A stretch of DNA of 64,000 nucleotides, taken from Clostridia bacterium (GTDB lineage Bacteria > Bacillota > Clostridia > TANB77 > CAG-508). The stretch covers positions 651-64,650 of the forward strand of contig JAGAKS010000019.1 of assembly GCA_017625465.1 (NCBI GenBank), given 5' to 3'. The notes under the pieces are model-generated. The model saw only the letters and a program-made list of their open reading frames with translations, ran no database searches and was not told where the DNA came from. How positions within the stretch are numbered: the first letter of the stretch is position 1; the number at the start of each line of letters is the position of its first letter. The translations under genes were made by a program, and so were the position numbers. Shown here one piece after another: positions 19,438 to 28,738 of the stretch.

Positions 19438-20010
19438 TCACTTTAATAAATCCAAGTAATTTTTTTCAAATATTTCTAAAAATCTTGCTAATATATCTTC
19501 TCTAGAAAAATCTGCATTAAATTCTTTTTTTAAAGAAGTAGCAATATCTCCTAAATTGCCAGGAAAAATTTCTTGATTTACATTAAAACCTATACCTATG
19601 AAAACTTTTTTAGCAATAGTTCCTTCTGTAATACTTTCTGTAAGTATTCCACCCATCTTTTTATTTTGATACATTATGTCGTTTGGCTTTTTTATTTGTA
19701 AAGTAATTAAATATAACTCTTTTACAGCTTGTACCATACTTTCAGCAATTATAGTTGTTAATTTATCTAATTTTTTTATATCACAATTTGGAAAAAGCAC
19801 AAAACTAAAAGCTAAATTATTATTTTTACCTGTGTACCATTTTCTTTGATGAGTTCCCACACCAGCAGTTTGCCTTTCAGCAAAAATAATCTCACCTTCA
19901 GTAATATTATTTTTCTTTTCTTCTATTTTTACATATTCTTGTGTAGATGTTATCGTATCAAAAAATTGTATCTTTTGTCCTAAAAATTTTGTTTTTAAAT
20001 TGAGTTTCAT
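19438..20010 (-). CDS. Biotin/lipoate protein ligase family (BirA-like catalytic domain, no HTH). The likely start is MKLNL at 20010; the ORF track extends to 20082 and would overlap ruvC.
   Basis: AERQTAGVGTHQRKW matches the BPL GRGRxGRxW-type motif. An ATG at 20010-20008 sits 1 nt after the ruvC stop. Confidence 0.5.
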   Translation of the reverse strand: MKLNLKTKFLGQKIQFFDTITSTQEYVKIEEKKNNITEGEIIFAERQTAGVGTHQRKWYTGKNNNLAFSFVLFPNCDIKKLDKLTTIIAESMVQAVKELYLITLQIKKPNDIMYQNKKMGGILTESITEGTIAKKVFIGIGFNVNQEIFPGNLGDIATSLKKEFNADFSREDILARFLEIFEKNYLDLLK

Positions 20011-20011
20011 T

Positions 20012-20497
20012 TTATAACCTTTCTGCAAATCTACAAGAATGAGCATGGCAAATAGCAACTGCCATACTATCTGTAATATCATCTAATTTAGGCACTTTAT
20101 CTACTTTTAATATAGATTGTACCATTTTTTGAACTTGCTTCTTTTCTGCTCGTCCATATCCTACTACAGCTTGCTTTACTTGAAGTGGTGTGTATTCATA
20201 AGTAGGTATGCTATGTTGATATCCTACTAAAACAACTATACCTCTTGCTTGTGCAACATTTATACCTGTTTTTATATTGTTATTAAAGAAAAGCTCTTCT
20301 ATTGATAAAGCTTCTGGCTTATATTCATCTATAATAACATTTAAATCATCATAGATTTTTGCAAGCCTTTCTGGAAATGGTGTCCCAGCTTTAGTTTCTA
20401 TTGCTCCTGATGTAATTAATTTGAATTTATTTCCTATATAATCTATAACACTATACCCTGTAATTGCAAAACCTGGGTCAATCCCTAATATTCTCAT
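20012..20497 (-). CDS. ruvC: Crossover junction endodeoxyribonuclease RuvC.
   Basis: MRILGIDPGFAITGYSVID, with the catalytic acidic residues and the C-terminal ...AICHAHS motif. Confidence 0.85.
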   Translation of the reverse strand: MRILGIDPGFAITGYSVIDYIGNKFKLITSGAIETKAGTPFPERLAKIYDDLNVIIDEYKPEALSIEELFFNNNIKTGINVAQARGIVVLVGYQHSIPTYEYTPLQVKQAVVGYGRAEKKQVQKMVQSILKVDKVPKLDDITDSMAVAICHAHSCRFAERL

Positions 20498-20507
20498 TTT
20501 ATTCCTT

Positions 20508-22526
20508 CTATTTTTTTGTACATATTTTTAATACTTCAGATACGCTCCAAGCTTGTGAGCATGTACCACCTGGCAAATATGGTGCTTTTGAATTATATAA
20601 TTCTGAAATACCTTGAACTGCTTCTTCATCATTTATTTCTTTTTTGAATGTCGCGTAAACATTTTCTTTAAAGATATTATATCTCTCTTGCATACTCTTT
20701 TTCTCAGTAGCGTCTTTTTCAGCTTTTATCATATTTTCAAAAGCATCTGAATATAGTCCTAAAAGCCATACCCAAGAAACACCTTGATGATAGCTCATAT
20801 CACGTTTAAAACTGTCTCCTTCATAGGTTGCAATATATCCTTCATCCATTCTAGACAAAGTACGAAGGCCATATCTTGTAAGTAATTTGTCTGTTACTGT
20901 ATTAAATACATTTTTCGCTTTTTCAGTATTTAAATTCATAACTGGATATGTTGTAGATAATGCAAATAGTTGATTTGGTCTTATTTTATTATCTCCTAAA
21001 ACATCATATAAGCATTTTCTTCTTGAATTATAAAATTCTTTATTAAAAGCTGTTTTGCATCTCTTAGCAGCTTCTTTGCAAGAAGAGGCAACATCTGCTT
21101 CTCCAAACTTTTTAGCTAAGGTCTCTAAAGTTTTTAAAGCATTATACCAAAGAGCATTTATTTCAACTACTTTGCCATTTCTTGGTGTTACTACATATTC
21201 TCCTATCTTAACATCCATCCAAGTATTTTGAGTATGAGGAGTTCCTGAAACAAGCAATCCGTCACTATCTAAATATATATTGTTATTATCTAAATCTGTA
21301 CCTTGGCTGTAGTTTGTGATTATATCTTTTAATTTTTCATATAATTCTTCTTTTACAAAATCATAATCTTTTGTATATACTAAATATTTATTAACTTGTT
21401 CAAATAATAAAAGTGACGCATCTACACTATTATACATTGGTCTGCCATCAAAGCCAGAATAACCATTTGGCACTAAGCCAAATTTTATATCTCTTGTAAA
21501 AGTTCTAAATACTTGTTTTGCATCCTCAAAACGTTTAGTTATTAAAAGTAACCCCTCAAAAGCTATAAGGCTATCACGTCCCCAATCTAAAAACCATGGA
21601 TATCCAGCTAAAATTGATTTTGTTCCAAAAGAAGGTCTTTCTATTATGAAACTATCTACAGCAACAAGTAAATCTCTAATAAATGTATTATACTCTTTAC
21701 CTTTTTTAGAATTTATTATTCCTGTATTATCTATGTTTTTCTTTAATCTATTTATTTCATTAGCAATAGCTTTTTCACCATCAACATTTTCAGTATTATC
21801 TTCTAAAGAACCAACAAAAGTAATAGTTTTTTCAGTTTTAGCTGGAATATTTATTTCATATCTACCAGAAACAGCTAAATTTTCTTCTGGCATAAAACCT
21901 CTTTCATCTTCTTTTAAATAATAGATATTTTCAAAAAGGTCATTTTTATGTTCAATATATTCTCCTTCTGATGCATAAGTATATATTGGTGTATGAGGAT
22001 TATTATCAATTTCTAATCTTACTTTTCTGCCATCAATTACTTGTTTTATATCGTATCTATGACCAGTATTCATTCCATGAAAATCTCTAAAACTTACAAC
22101 AGGTGCTAGCACTAATTTAGCAGCTTCTTTTCCAGTTTTAATCTTATATACTACTACAACAGTATTTCTTCCATATATCATTGTAATTTGCTTACTTATT
22201 TTTACATCTTTTACTTTGTAATTAAATTTAGGTAAATACTCTTTTTCAAAGCTTTCTAAATATTTATAACCATGTGATACATAATTTTTACATATATTAG
22301 TATATAAATCAAATTTTTCATTTCCAACAAAAACACTTTCATCTAATTTTGAAATTAAAAGATGGCGTCTAGCTGGTGGAAGTAATGGTGCTATTAAAAG
22401 ACCATGATATCTTCTAGTATTTGCTCCAAGTACCGTGCTTGAAGCAAATCCTCCTATTCCATTAGAAATAACCCATTCTTTTCTTATCGCACTATTTAAT
22501 TCTAATTGTTTCTTACCTAATTTCAT
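20508..22526 (-). CDS. Glycogen debranching enzyme family protein (amylo-alpha-1,6-glucosidase, GDE-N/GDE-C).
   Basis: N-terminal NGIGGFASSTVLGANTRRYHGLLIA is conserved in the bacterial/archaeal GDE N-domain. An (alpha/alpha)6-barrel-like C-terminus is present. Confidence 0.6.
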   Translation of the reverse strand: MKLGKKQLELNSAIRKEWVISNGIGGFASSTVLGANTRRYHGLLIAPLLPPARRHLLISKLDESVFVGNEKFDLYTNICKNYVSHGYKYLESFEKEYLPKFNYKVKDVKISKQITMIYGRNTVVVVYKIKTGKEAAKLVLAPVVSFRDFHGMNTGHRYDIKQVIDGRKVRLEIDNNPHTPIYTYASEGEYIEHKNDLFENIYYLKEDERGFMPEENLAVSGRYEINIPAKTEKTITFVGSLEDNTENVDGEKAIANEINRLKKNIDNTGIINSKKGKEYNTFIRDLLVAVDSFIIERPSFGTKSILAGYPWFLDWGRDSLIAFEGLLLITKRFEDAKQVFRTFTRDIKFGLVPNGYSGFDGRPMYNSVDASLLLFEQVNKYLVYTKDYDFVKEELYEKLKDIITNYSQGTDLDNNNIYLDSDGLLVSGTPHTQNTWMDVKIGEYVVTPRNGKVVEINALWYNALKTLETLAKKFGEADVASSCKEAAKRCKTAFNKEFYNSRRKCLYDVLGDNKIRPNQLFALSTTYPVMNLNTEKAKNVFNTVTDKLLTRYGLRTLSRMDEGYIATYEGDSFKRDMSYHQGVSWVWLLGLYSDAFENMIKAEKDATEKKSMQERYNIFKENVYATFKKEINDEEAVQGISELYNSKAPYLPGGTCSQAWSVSEVLKICTKK

Positions 22527-22544
22527 TTGTACCTTCTAAATCTC

Positions 22545-24149
22545 CTATTTTCTTTTTCTATTTTTCTTTAGTTCTTGCATATTAGCATTCATTGCATCTC
22601 TGGTTGCTTTCATATCTAGCTTATTCTTTTTTGCAACTGCTTCTGCTTTTTTTCTATTTTCTGCTATTTTTGCATCAGCATTTTGTATTGATTCTACTCT
22701 ATCTTGATATTTCGTAGCAAATTTGCTCTTTTTTGTTTTGTCTTTGGATTTTTCTTTTACAACTTTTCCTTTATTCTTTAAAGCTTGTTTTGCTCTTTTT
22801 TCTTGAAGCTTCTTTTGCTCTTTTAATACAGAATTTAAAAGCAAATATTCTGTTTCATTTTGTTTATCTTCAAACTTCAAGTCATTGCAAATTAATTCTA
22901 TAATAGTTGAAGCAATAATATCAGGATTATGTCTTATTTTGTCTTTTTTAACACAAGACATATTTCTTTCTATTACTTTAACACCTAAATTTGAAGTTGT
23001 AGAAATATTAGCTTCTACTATATCACTACCTTCTCTATTGTATTTTCTGACAAATTCTGGCATAACTTCTGAAGAATCTGCAAGAACTATATCAAATATT
23101 CCTTTACCTACATGTGCTTGAATTGCTTTTACATGGTCTGCTAATGTATAGTTATCTGTTTGACCTTGTTCTGTCATAATATTAGATACATACATTTTTA
23201 TTGCTTTACTTTCTTTAATTGTTTTGGCAACATTTTTTACAAGTAAATTTGGAATAACATTTGTATATAAACTTCCAGGTCCTATTATAATTGCCTCTGC
23301 TTCTTGAATAGCTTCTAGCACACCAGGCGCTGGATGACAATTTGATGGTGAAATAAAAATTCTATTTATTGTTTCTACTTTTTCAGCAACTATTTCTGGA
23401 ATTCTGTCTTTTTGTTCTATAACAGTTCCATCATTTAATTCAGCACAAATTGTAATTTCATCTAAGGTTACTGGAATAACTTTTCCTGTAATATTAAGTA
23501 CTTCTGTGCTTTTTTGAATTGCTTCAGAAATATTACTATATAATTCGTTCATTCCTGTTAAAAATACATCACCAAAATTTAAGCCTCTAAGTCTTTCATT
23601 ACTAAACTTTAAGTTCATTAGATTTCTCATAAGTTCTTCATGATCTGACATAGCAATAATACTTTCTTTTATATCATTTAATGGAAGTGAATCTAATGCT
23701 TGTCTTGACATACTAGTATTTCTTCCATAATCAGACATTGTTACTATTGCTGTAATATTATTGGTATATTTTTTTAGTCCTTCAATTACATTATTTAGTC
23801 CAAAACCACCGCCAATAACAACAATTTTTGGTCCTTCTTCATATACTTTTTTATTGAAAATTAATGATTGTATATTTACTTTAGCTGCCTTTCCTTTTTC
23901 TGAATCGCTGTCATTAGCTTCAATAATAAGTTCTAACAAACGTCTTTGTATATATATAATTCCAAATACTATGCAAAGAAAACCTACTACAAACAATCCT
24001 ATAACTTTTGCTAAAGTTACAAAATCAATTTCTTTTGTAACTAATATTTTAGCAAAAGAATAACAAGTAAGTGCTATACCTATTATAATAAGGAAAATCC
24101 ATCTTTTAATTTTCGTACTTCCTTTAAACCATTCTAAAAACGACTTCAT
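22545..24149 (-). CDS. YvcK/CofD-family (UPF0052, gluconeogenesis-factor-like) protein with two N-terminal TM helices and a ~120-aa Lys-rich C-terminal tail.
   Basis: Core KIVVIGGGFGLNNVIEGLKKYT...AIVTMSD, compare YvcK VIGGGTGLSVLLRGLK...AIVTVAD. Two hydrophobic helices lie in the first 70 aa. The tail is KKLQEKRAKQALKNKGKVVKEKSKDK... Confidence 0.5.
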   Translation of the reverse strand: MKSFLEWFKGSTKIKRWIFLIIIGIALTCYSFAKILVTKEIDFVTLAKVIGLFVVGFLCIVFGIIYIQRRLLELIIEANDSDSEKGKAAKVNIQSLIFNKKVYEEGPKIVVIGGGFGLNNVIEGLKKYTNNITAIVTMSDYGRNTSMSRQALDSLPLNDIKESIIAMSDHEELMRNLMNLKFSNERLRGLNFGDVFLTGMNELYSNISEAIQKSTEVLNITGKVIPVTLDEITICAELNDGTVIEQKDRIPEIVAEKVETINRIFISPSNCHPAPGVLEAIQEAEAIIIGPGSLYTNVIPNLLVKNVAKTIKESKAIKMYVSNIMTEQGQTDNYTLADHVKAIQAHVGKGIFDIVLADSSEVMPEFVRKYNREGSDIVEANISTTSNLGVKVIERNMSCVKKDKIRHNPDIIASTIIELICNDLKFEDKQNETEYLLLNSVLKEQKKLQEKRAKQALKNKGKVVKEKSKDKTKKSKFATKYQDRVESIQNADAKIAENRKKAEAVAKKNKLDMKATRDAMNANMQELKKNRKRK

Positions 24150-24163
24150 CTCAATACCTCCTG

Positions 24164-25081
24164 CTATATCTCACCGATTTTTAAAATTTCTAATTCTATA
24201 TCTATATTTTTCTTCTTTTTGACTGTATCTTTTATATAATTTGTAAGTTCTAAAACCTCTTTAGCAGTTGCATTTCCTACATTTACAACAAATCCGGCAT
24301 GTTTTTCTGAAACAGCAGCATCACCTATTCTATAACCTTTAAGACCACATTCATCTATAAGTTTTGCAGTAATTATATCACCATTTCTTTTAAAAGTACT
24401 TCCTGCATTTGGTAAATTCAAAGGTTGCTTTTCAATTCTAGATTTCATATATTCATCCATCTTAAGTTTAATATCTTTAGCATCTCCATATTTTGCCTCA
24501 ATAACAGTTTCTAATATGATAACATCTTGCATCTCAGCAAAAATACTATTTCTGTAACTAAATTTATGTTCATCTAAATTTAACTTTTTAATTTTTCCAT
24601 CTCGTTCCATATATCTAGTAGAAATAACAATGTCTTGCATTTGGCTACCATAAGCACCAGCGTTCATTCTTATAGCTCCACCAATACTGCCAGGAATTCC
24701 AGCTAAAAACTCTAAGCCAGTTAATTCTTCTTTTAATGCAAGCTGTGCTAATTTTCCTACTGAATATCCACTAGAAATTGTAATTTCAGCTTTATCTTTT
24801 TTTCTAACAACTTTAAAATCTGAAATACTTATTTTTATAACTATTCCGCGAATTCCTTTATCTGACACTAATAAATTAGTACCATTTCCAACAACAGTCA
24901 AAGGAATATTGTTTTTGTTTGCTAATTCTAAAACAAATTTTAACTCTTTTACATTTTGTATATCAATGAAAAAATCAGCAGGTCCTCCAATTTTAAAAGA
25001 AGTATGTTTGCTCATTTTTTCATCTCTTAAAATTTGCTTTCTATCTATTACTTTTTGTAATTCTTTATAAAGATCTGTCAA
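24164..25081 (-). CDS. murB: UDP-N-acetylenolpyruvoylglucosamine reductase.
   Basis: FAD-binding domain with FKIGGPADFF...VVGNGTNLLVSD, and a C-terminal MurB domain. Confidence 0.85.
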   Translation of the reverse strand: MTDLYKELQKVIDRKQILRDEKMSKHTSFKIGGPADFFIDIQNVKELKFVLELANKNNIPLTVVGNGTNLLVSDKGIRGIVIKISISDFKVVRKKDKAEITISSGYSVGKLAQLALKEELTGLEFLAGIPGSIGGAIRMNAGAYGSQMQDIVISTRYMERDGKIKKLNLDEHKFSYRNSIFAEMQDVIILETVIEAKYGDAKDIKLKMDEYMKSRIEKQPLNLPNAGSTFKRNGDIITAKLIDECGLKGYRIGDAAVSEKHAGFVVNVGNATAKEVLELTNYIKDTVKKKKNIDIELEILKIGEI

Positions 25082-25107
25082 TTTAAGCTCTCCTTTATAT
25101 GCAACTA

Positions 25108-25635
25108 CTATTCAACAAAACTTGTGTTATCTGTTGGCTTTTCAGTAATTGCATCACCTTTAATTCTAATATATAAAGCCTCTCCATTTGATGCCTTTTC
25201 TTTTGTTTCGTTATAAACTTCTCCAGTATAATAATTTATAATATAAGTATGCTCAGAATTTAGAATTTCTAATTTTTTTAATTGTTCTGGAGATAATCTA
25301 AAATAAGATTTGTAACCTTTAGCTTCAGAATCTGAAAGTTTCCAAGTTTTCCCACCTTGCAAGCTAACAGAAGAAATATTATCAATTCTATCACCGATAA
25401 AATTAGCTGGTATCGTATCATCTTCTTTAATATAATTTAATTCCAAAGCTTTGGAATACTCTGTAATAGTAGCCTGACCTACCATTTGAAGCTCAGATTG
25501 TAATTTTCTATCCTTAGTAGAATTTACTGAATCCATTCCAATTGTCATAGTTATACTAGCTAACATTATAGTTACTATTATTGTTATTACTAATGCTACT
25601 AAAGTAACACCTTTTTCATTTTTTATCTTTTGCAT
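25108..25635 (-). CDS. Hypothetical secreted or membrane protein with a pilin-like N-terminus (KGVTLVALVITIIV).
   Basis: Positively charged leader, then G followed by a ~20-aa hydrophobic stretch resembling a class III (prepilin) signal. It lacks the canonical Glu at +5. Confidence 0.35.
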   Translation of the reverse strand: MQKIKNEKGVTLVALVITIIVTIMLASITMTIGMDSVNSTKDRKLQSELQMVGQATITEYSKALELNYIKEDDTIPANFIGDRIDNISSVSLQGGKTWKLSDSEAKGYKSYFRLSPEQLKKLEILNSEHTYIINYYTGEVYNETKEKASNGEALYIRIKGDAITEKPTDNTSFVE

Positions 25636-25667
25636 ACCGTTCTCCTTATACTATAAAATACCTTTTT

Positions 25668-25696
25668 ATAATATCATTTTTATTAGTTTTTTTCAA
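25668..25696 (-). promoter_or_regulatory. Candidate sigma-A promoter (TTGAAA-N17-TATTAT) for the pilin-like gene/murB.
   Basis: The minus strand reads TTGAAAaaaactaataaaaatgaTATTAT, about 30 nt upstream of the ATG. Confidence 0.35.
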
Positions 25697-25710
25697 GAAA
25701 AATACGAATA

Positions 25711-25749
25711 AAAAAGCAAAAAAGATGAATACTTTAAAAGTATTCATCT
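25711..25749 (-). terminator. Rho-independent terminator after the processive GT2 synthase gene.
   Basis: An 11-bp stem agatgaatact/agtattcatct with loop ttaaa, followed on the transcript by TTTTTTGCTTTTTT. Confidence 0.6.
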
Positions 25750-25762
25750 AATTATTTATATA

Positions 25763-26989
25763 TTATGCAACTTCACGAATTTTAATATCTCTAACGTGGT
25801 TAATTTTTTCCCATTTTGTATTTGGATTAATTAAACATTTAATATTTATTAAAATCCAAGAACCCATAAATAATGGATAACATAGAAGTCCAAACCACAT
25901 TGGTTTTATATCTCTTTTATCTAGTTTTAAAATAACAACTGCTATAATAATTGGCATAATAAATGTTGATGCTAAATATCTTACAAAATTTCCTACTAAA
26001 TCTACAGTAGTCATTTCATTTCCAACAAACAACAATGTATTAATAACTAGAAGTAATAATGTAAGCACCATAATTGGCATACCAAACATATATAATAAAC
26101 CGTCAAAATTCATTAATGTTTTATGCTCTACTACACCTTTTGCTAAATCTTTAGTATAGTGTTTCATGCATTGTAAATGTCCTACTGACCATCTTGAACG
26201 TTGTGACCAGCTTTGCATAAAAGTAATAGGTTGTTCATCATAAACTATTGCATCAGTAGACCAACCTACTTTTCTATTTTCGATAATATTCATAAGTGAA
26301 AATTCAATATCTTCTGTTAGAGTAATTGTTTGCCATCCATTAGGTTTTACTAAATCAAATTTTACCATAAAACCAGTACCATTTAACAATGCTGATAAAC
26401 CTAAATTATATCTAGCTAAATGATAAAATCTATGCATCATCCAATAAAAAATTGCATATCCAGCTGAAACCCAAGAATCGTTAGGATTTTTAATATCTCT
26501 ATAACCTTGAACAATTTCTTCGCCTTGGCATAACTTTTTATTCATATTTTTTAAGAAATTTGGATCCACGATATTATCTGCATCAAATACACAGAAAGCA
26601 TCGTAATCTGCATCTTCTTCTATTTTTTGTTTTAAAAACCAATTTAATGCAAAACCTTTAGTTCTATGAGCATCATCAAATCTCTTTAAAACTATTGCTC
26701 CTGCTTCTTTTGCAACTTTTGCTGTATCATCTGTACAATTATCAGCTATAACATAAATATCATATTTATCTCTAGGGTAATTTTGAGCTTGTAAGCTTTC
26801 TACTAAATTACCTACAACAGCTTCTTCATTATGAGCAGGTATTATAGCCATAAATTTATGTTCTTTATTGATTTTTAGTGGTTTATCTTTTAATTTTATA
26901 AGTGAGCAAAAGCTTACTACCATTTGATATAACCAATAAATAGTTATAATCCATATAATTGCTTGTTGTAAAAGATATAAATATCTCAT
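25763..26989 (-). CDS. Processive family-2 glycosyltransferase (membrane-embedded synthase type; cellulose/PNAG/hyaluronan-synthase-like).
   Basis: N-terminal TM. GT2 domain with DNCTDDT (DxD), VFDADN, TEDIEFS. A QRSRWSVGHLQ motif (QxxRW) is followed by C-terminal TM helices. Confidence 0.7.
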   Translation of the reverse strand: MRYLYLLQQAIIWIITIYWLYQMVVSFCSLIKLKDKPLKINKEHKFMAIIPAHNEEAVVGNLVESLQAQNYPRDKYDIYVIADNCTDDTAKVAKEAGAIVLKRFDDAHRTKGFALNWFLKQKIEEDADYDAFCVFDADNIVDPNFLKNMNKKLCQGEEIVQGYRDIKNPNDSWVSAGYAIFYWMMHRFYHLARYNLGLSALLNGTGFMVKFDLVKPNGWQTITLTEDIEFSLMNIIENRKVGWSTDAIVYDEQPITFMQSWSQRSRWSVGHLQCMKHYTKDLAKGVVEHKTLMNFDGLLYMFGMPIMVLTLLLLVINTLLFVGNEMTTVDLVGNFVRYLASTFIMPIIIAVVILKLDKRDIKPMWFGLLCYPLFMGSWILINIKCLINPNTKWEKINHVRDIKIREVA

Positions 26990-27086
26990 TTAATTCTCCT
27001 TTTTTATATACTTTTATTACTACACTTTTTATATTATACCATTTTTAAAAAATAATTTCAAGAAATTTTTGGTACTTTTCAAAAAA

Positions 27087-28706
27087 TTAAGAAAATTTTT
27101 CGTTATTCAATAATACTGCTAGAATTAGTGGAAATGCATAAAACAGTATTAGCATATATCTAGCCATTACCAAAGGTCCTAATATATATGTACACAATAA
27201 CAACAATATTATTATGCTTGGATACAGAAACAATTTTCGCTTTTTATAAATAGAATAACTAATTGCAAATAATAATATCCATAAAAGAGCTCCTATTGAC
27301 ACAATATATTTAATTATAGGAATTTCTTGAATATAGCCTCCTGCTATATAATCATTTATCACTTTTAAGCTTTCTATCAATTCATTATCAAAATTATTAC
27401 GAAAAGTTTCTAAAATAAACCAATTTCTACAAAAAGTTCTATTTTCGTAGCAATCATTCCTTAAAAAAACTTTTTGTATAGCATCTGGATAAAAATAGCC
27501 ATAATTTAATTTTATCATTGCATTTAAGTAAGCAGAAATATTATTCTTTCCTATATCTAACCATAGTTTTCCATACTTTTGAGATTCTTCAACCACTTTC
27601 GAGGTATTCATATAATACAATATGGAATCAGATACTTCAGGATTATAATTTTTAATTAGCTCATCACTTGCAATTTCTAAAATTTCTTTCTTTTGATTTT
27701 CTGTTAAGTTTTCATAATTATTATTATAAACATAAGCTATTTGCATAACTGGAACAGAAAGCATTCCATATAAACCACTTTCTGATTTTATATTCAATAT
27801 TTTTGCAAAATAATTATTTAAAATTGTTGACAATATTATTGGTAATATAATAATTGTTAAAATTTTTATTTTGTTTTTACCTTTTATTAAAAACTTTAAA
27901 ATCAATATCAAATAAAAAAGAAAATAAACATAAATTGAATTTCGCCTTAATAATATAACTAAAATATCTGAAATTACTAATAAAATCCATCTTTTATTTT
28001 TGAAAAAATTCTCTTCCTCTTTAAACAATTCCATATACAAAAGAATTGATAAGTACAAAAATATAGTAAAAAGTGAATCTTTCGTAAATGATAAAACATA
28101 TAAATATATTGCAGGATGAATAACATAATAAATAATCCCAGCAATTTTTATTTTATTTGAAATATTATATTTATTCATTATATAAATTGAATACGTAAAA
28201 ACTCCAGCAGATATTAACATCTGCATAAAAACATACGTAGCAATTCCAAACATATGTGAGCCAAAAAAATAATTTGAAAATTTTATAAAATTAACTAAAA
28301 TAATAGAATATAAAGCAGGATATTGTGCTATGAAATTATTATTTAAATATTGATTCCAAATTTCAGTAGCATCATAATTAAAAAAGCCAGGAAAAGCTGC
28401 TAGCCATTGCGGGAACCATAAAATCATAAAAATACAAAAAACAATTAAATATTTATTCTTACCTTTATAACCTTTTGGACTTGTATCGCATTTATTTCTT
28501 TTTTCTTCGGCTTTTTCTAATAAGCAAAATAACGCAGCACATATAAAATTTATAATTAAAAACGTTAATAATATAGAAAAATACAAACGAAAATCACAAA
28601 AATTAATGTGATTTTCGCTCATAACAATTTTTCCAAAAACTAGAAATACTGAATACATTAAAGATATAATAAAAGTACTTTTACTTATCTCTACTATTTT
28701 TTTCAT
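27087..28706 (-). CDS. Polytopic integral membrane protein (at least 12 TM) of unknown function, likely a partner of the adjacent synthase. It may be a GT-C-like or polymer-handling protein.
   Basis: 539 aa, highly hydrophobic, with periplasmic loops. It lies immediately upstream of the QxxRW synthase on the same strand. Confidence 0.45.
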   Translation of the reverse strand: MKKIVEISKSTFIISLMYSVFLVFGKIVMSENHINFCDFRLYFSILLTFLIINFICAALFCLLEKAEEKRNKCDTSPKGYKGKNKYLIVFCIFMILWFPQWLAAFPGFFNYDATEIWNQYLNNNFIAQYPALYSIILVNFIKFSNYFFGSHMFGIATYVFMQMLISAGVFTYSIYIMNKYNISNKIKIAGIIYYVIHPAIYLYVLSFTKDSLFTIFLYLSILLYMELFKEEENFFKNKRWILLVISDILVILLRRNSIYVYFLFYLILILKFLIKGKNKIKILTIIILPIILSTILNNYFAKILNIKSESGLYGMLSVPVMQIAYVYNNNYENLTENQKKEILEIASDELIKNYNPEVSDSILYYMNTSKVVEESQKYGKLWLDIGKNNISAYLNAMIKLNYGYFYPDAIQKVFLRNDCYENRTFCRNWFILETFRNNFDNELIESLKVINDYIAGGYIQEIPIIKYIVSIGALLWILLFAISYSIYKKRKLFLYPSIIILLLLCTYILGPLVMARYMLILFYAFPLILAVLLNNEKFS

Positions 28707-28738
28707 TTGAATCTATCTTCCTTATTTTATAGTTTGAA

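Noticed and set aside
25108-25635. Calling the 175-aa protein a type IV pilin.
   Set aside because: The N-terminus resembles a prepilin signal (G followed by a hydrophobic helix) but lacks the Glu at +5. No pilus assembly genes (pilB/pilC/pilD-like) are nearby. It is kept only as pilin-like.
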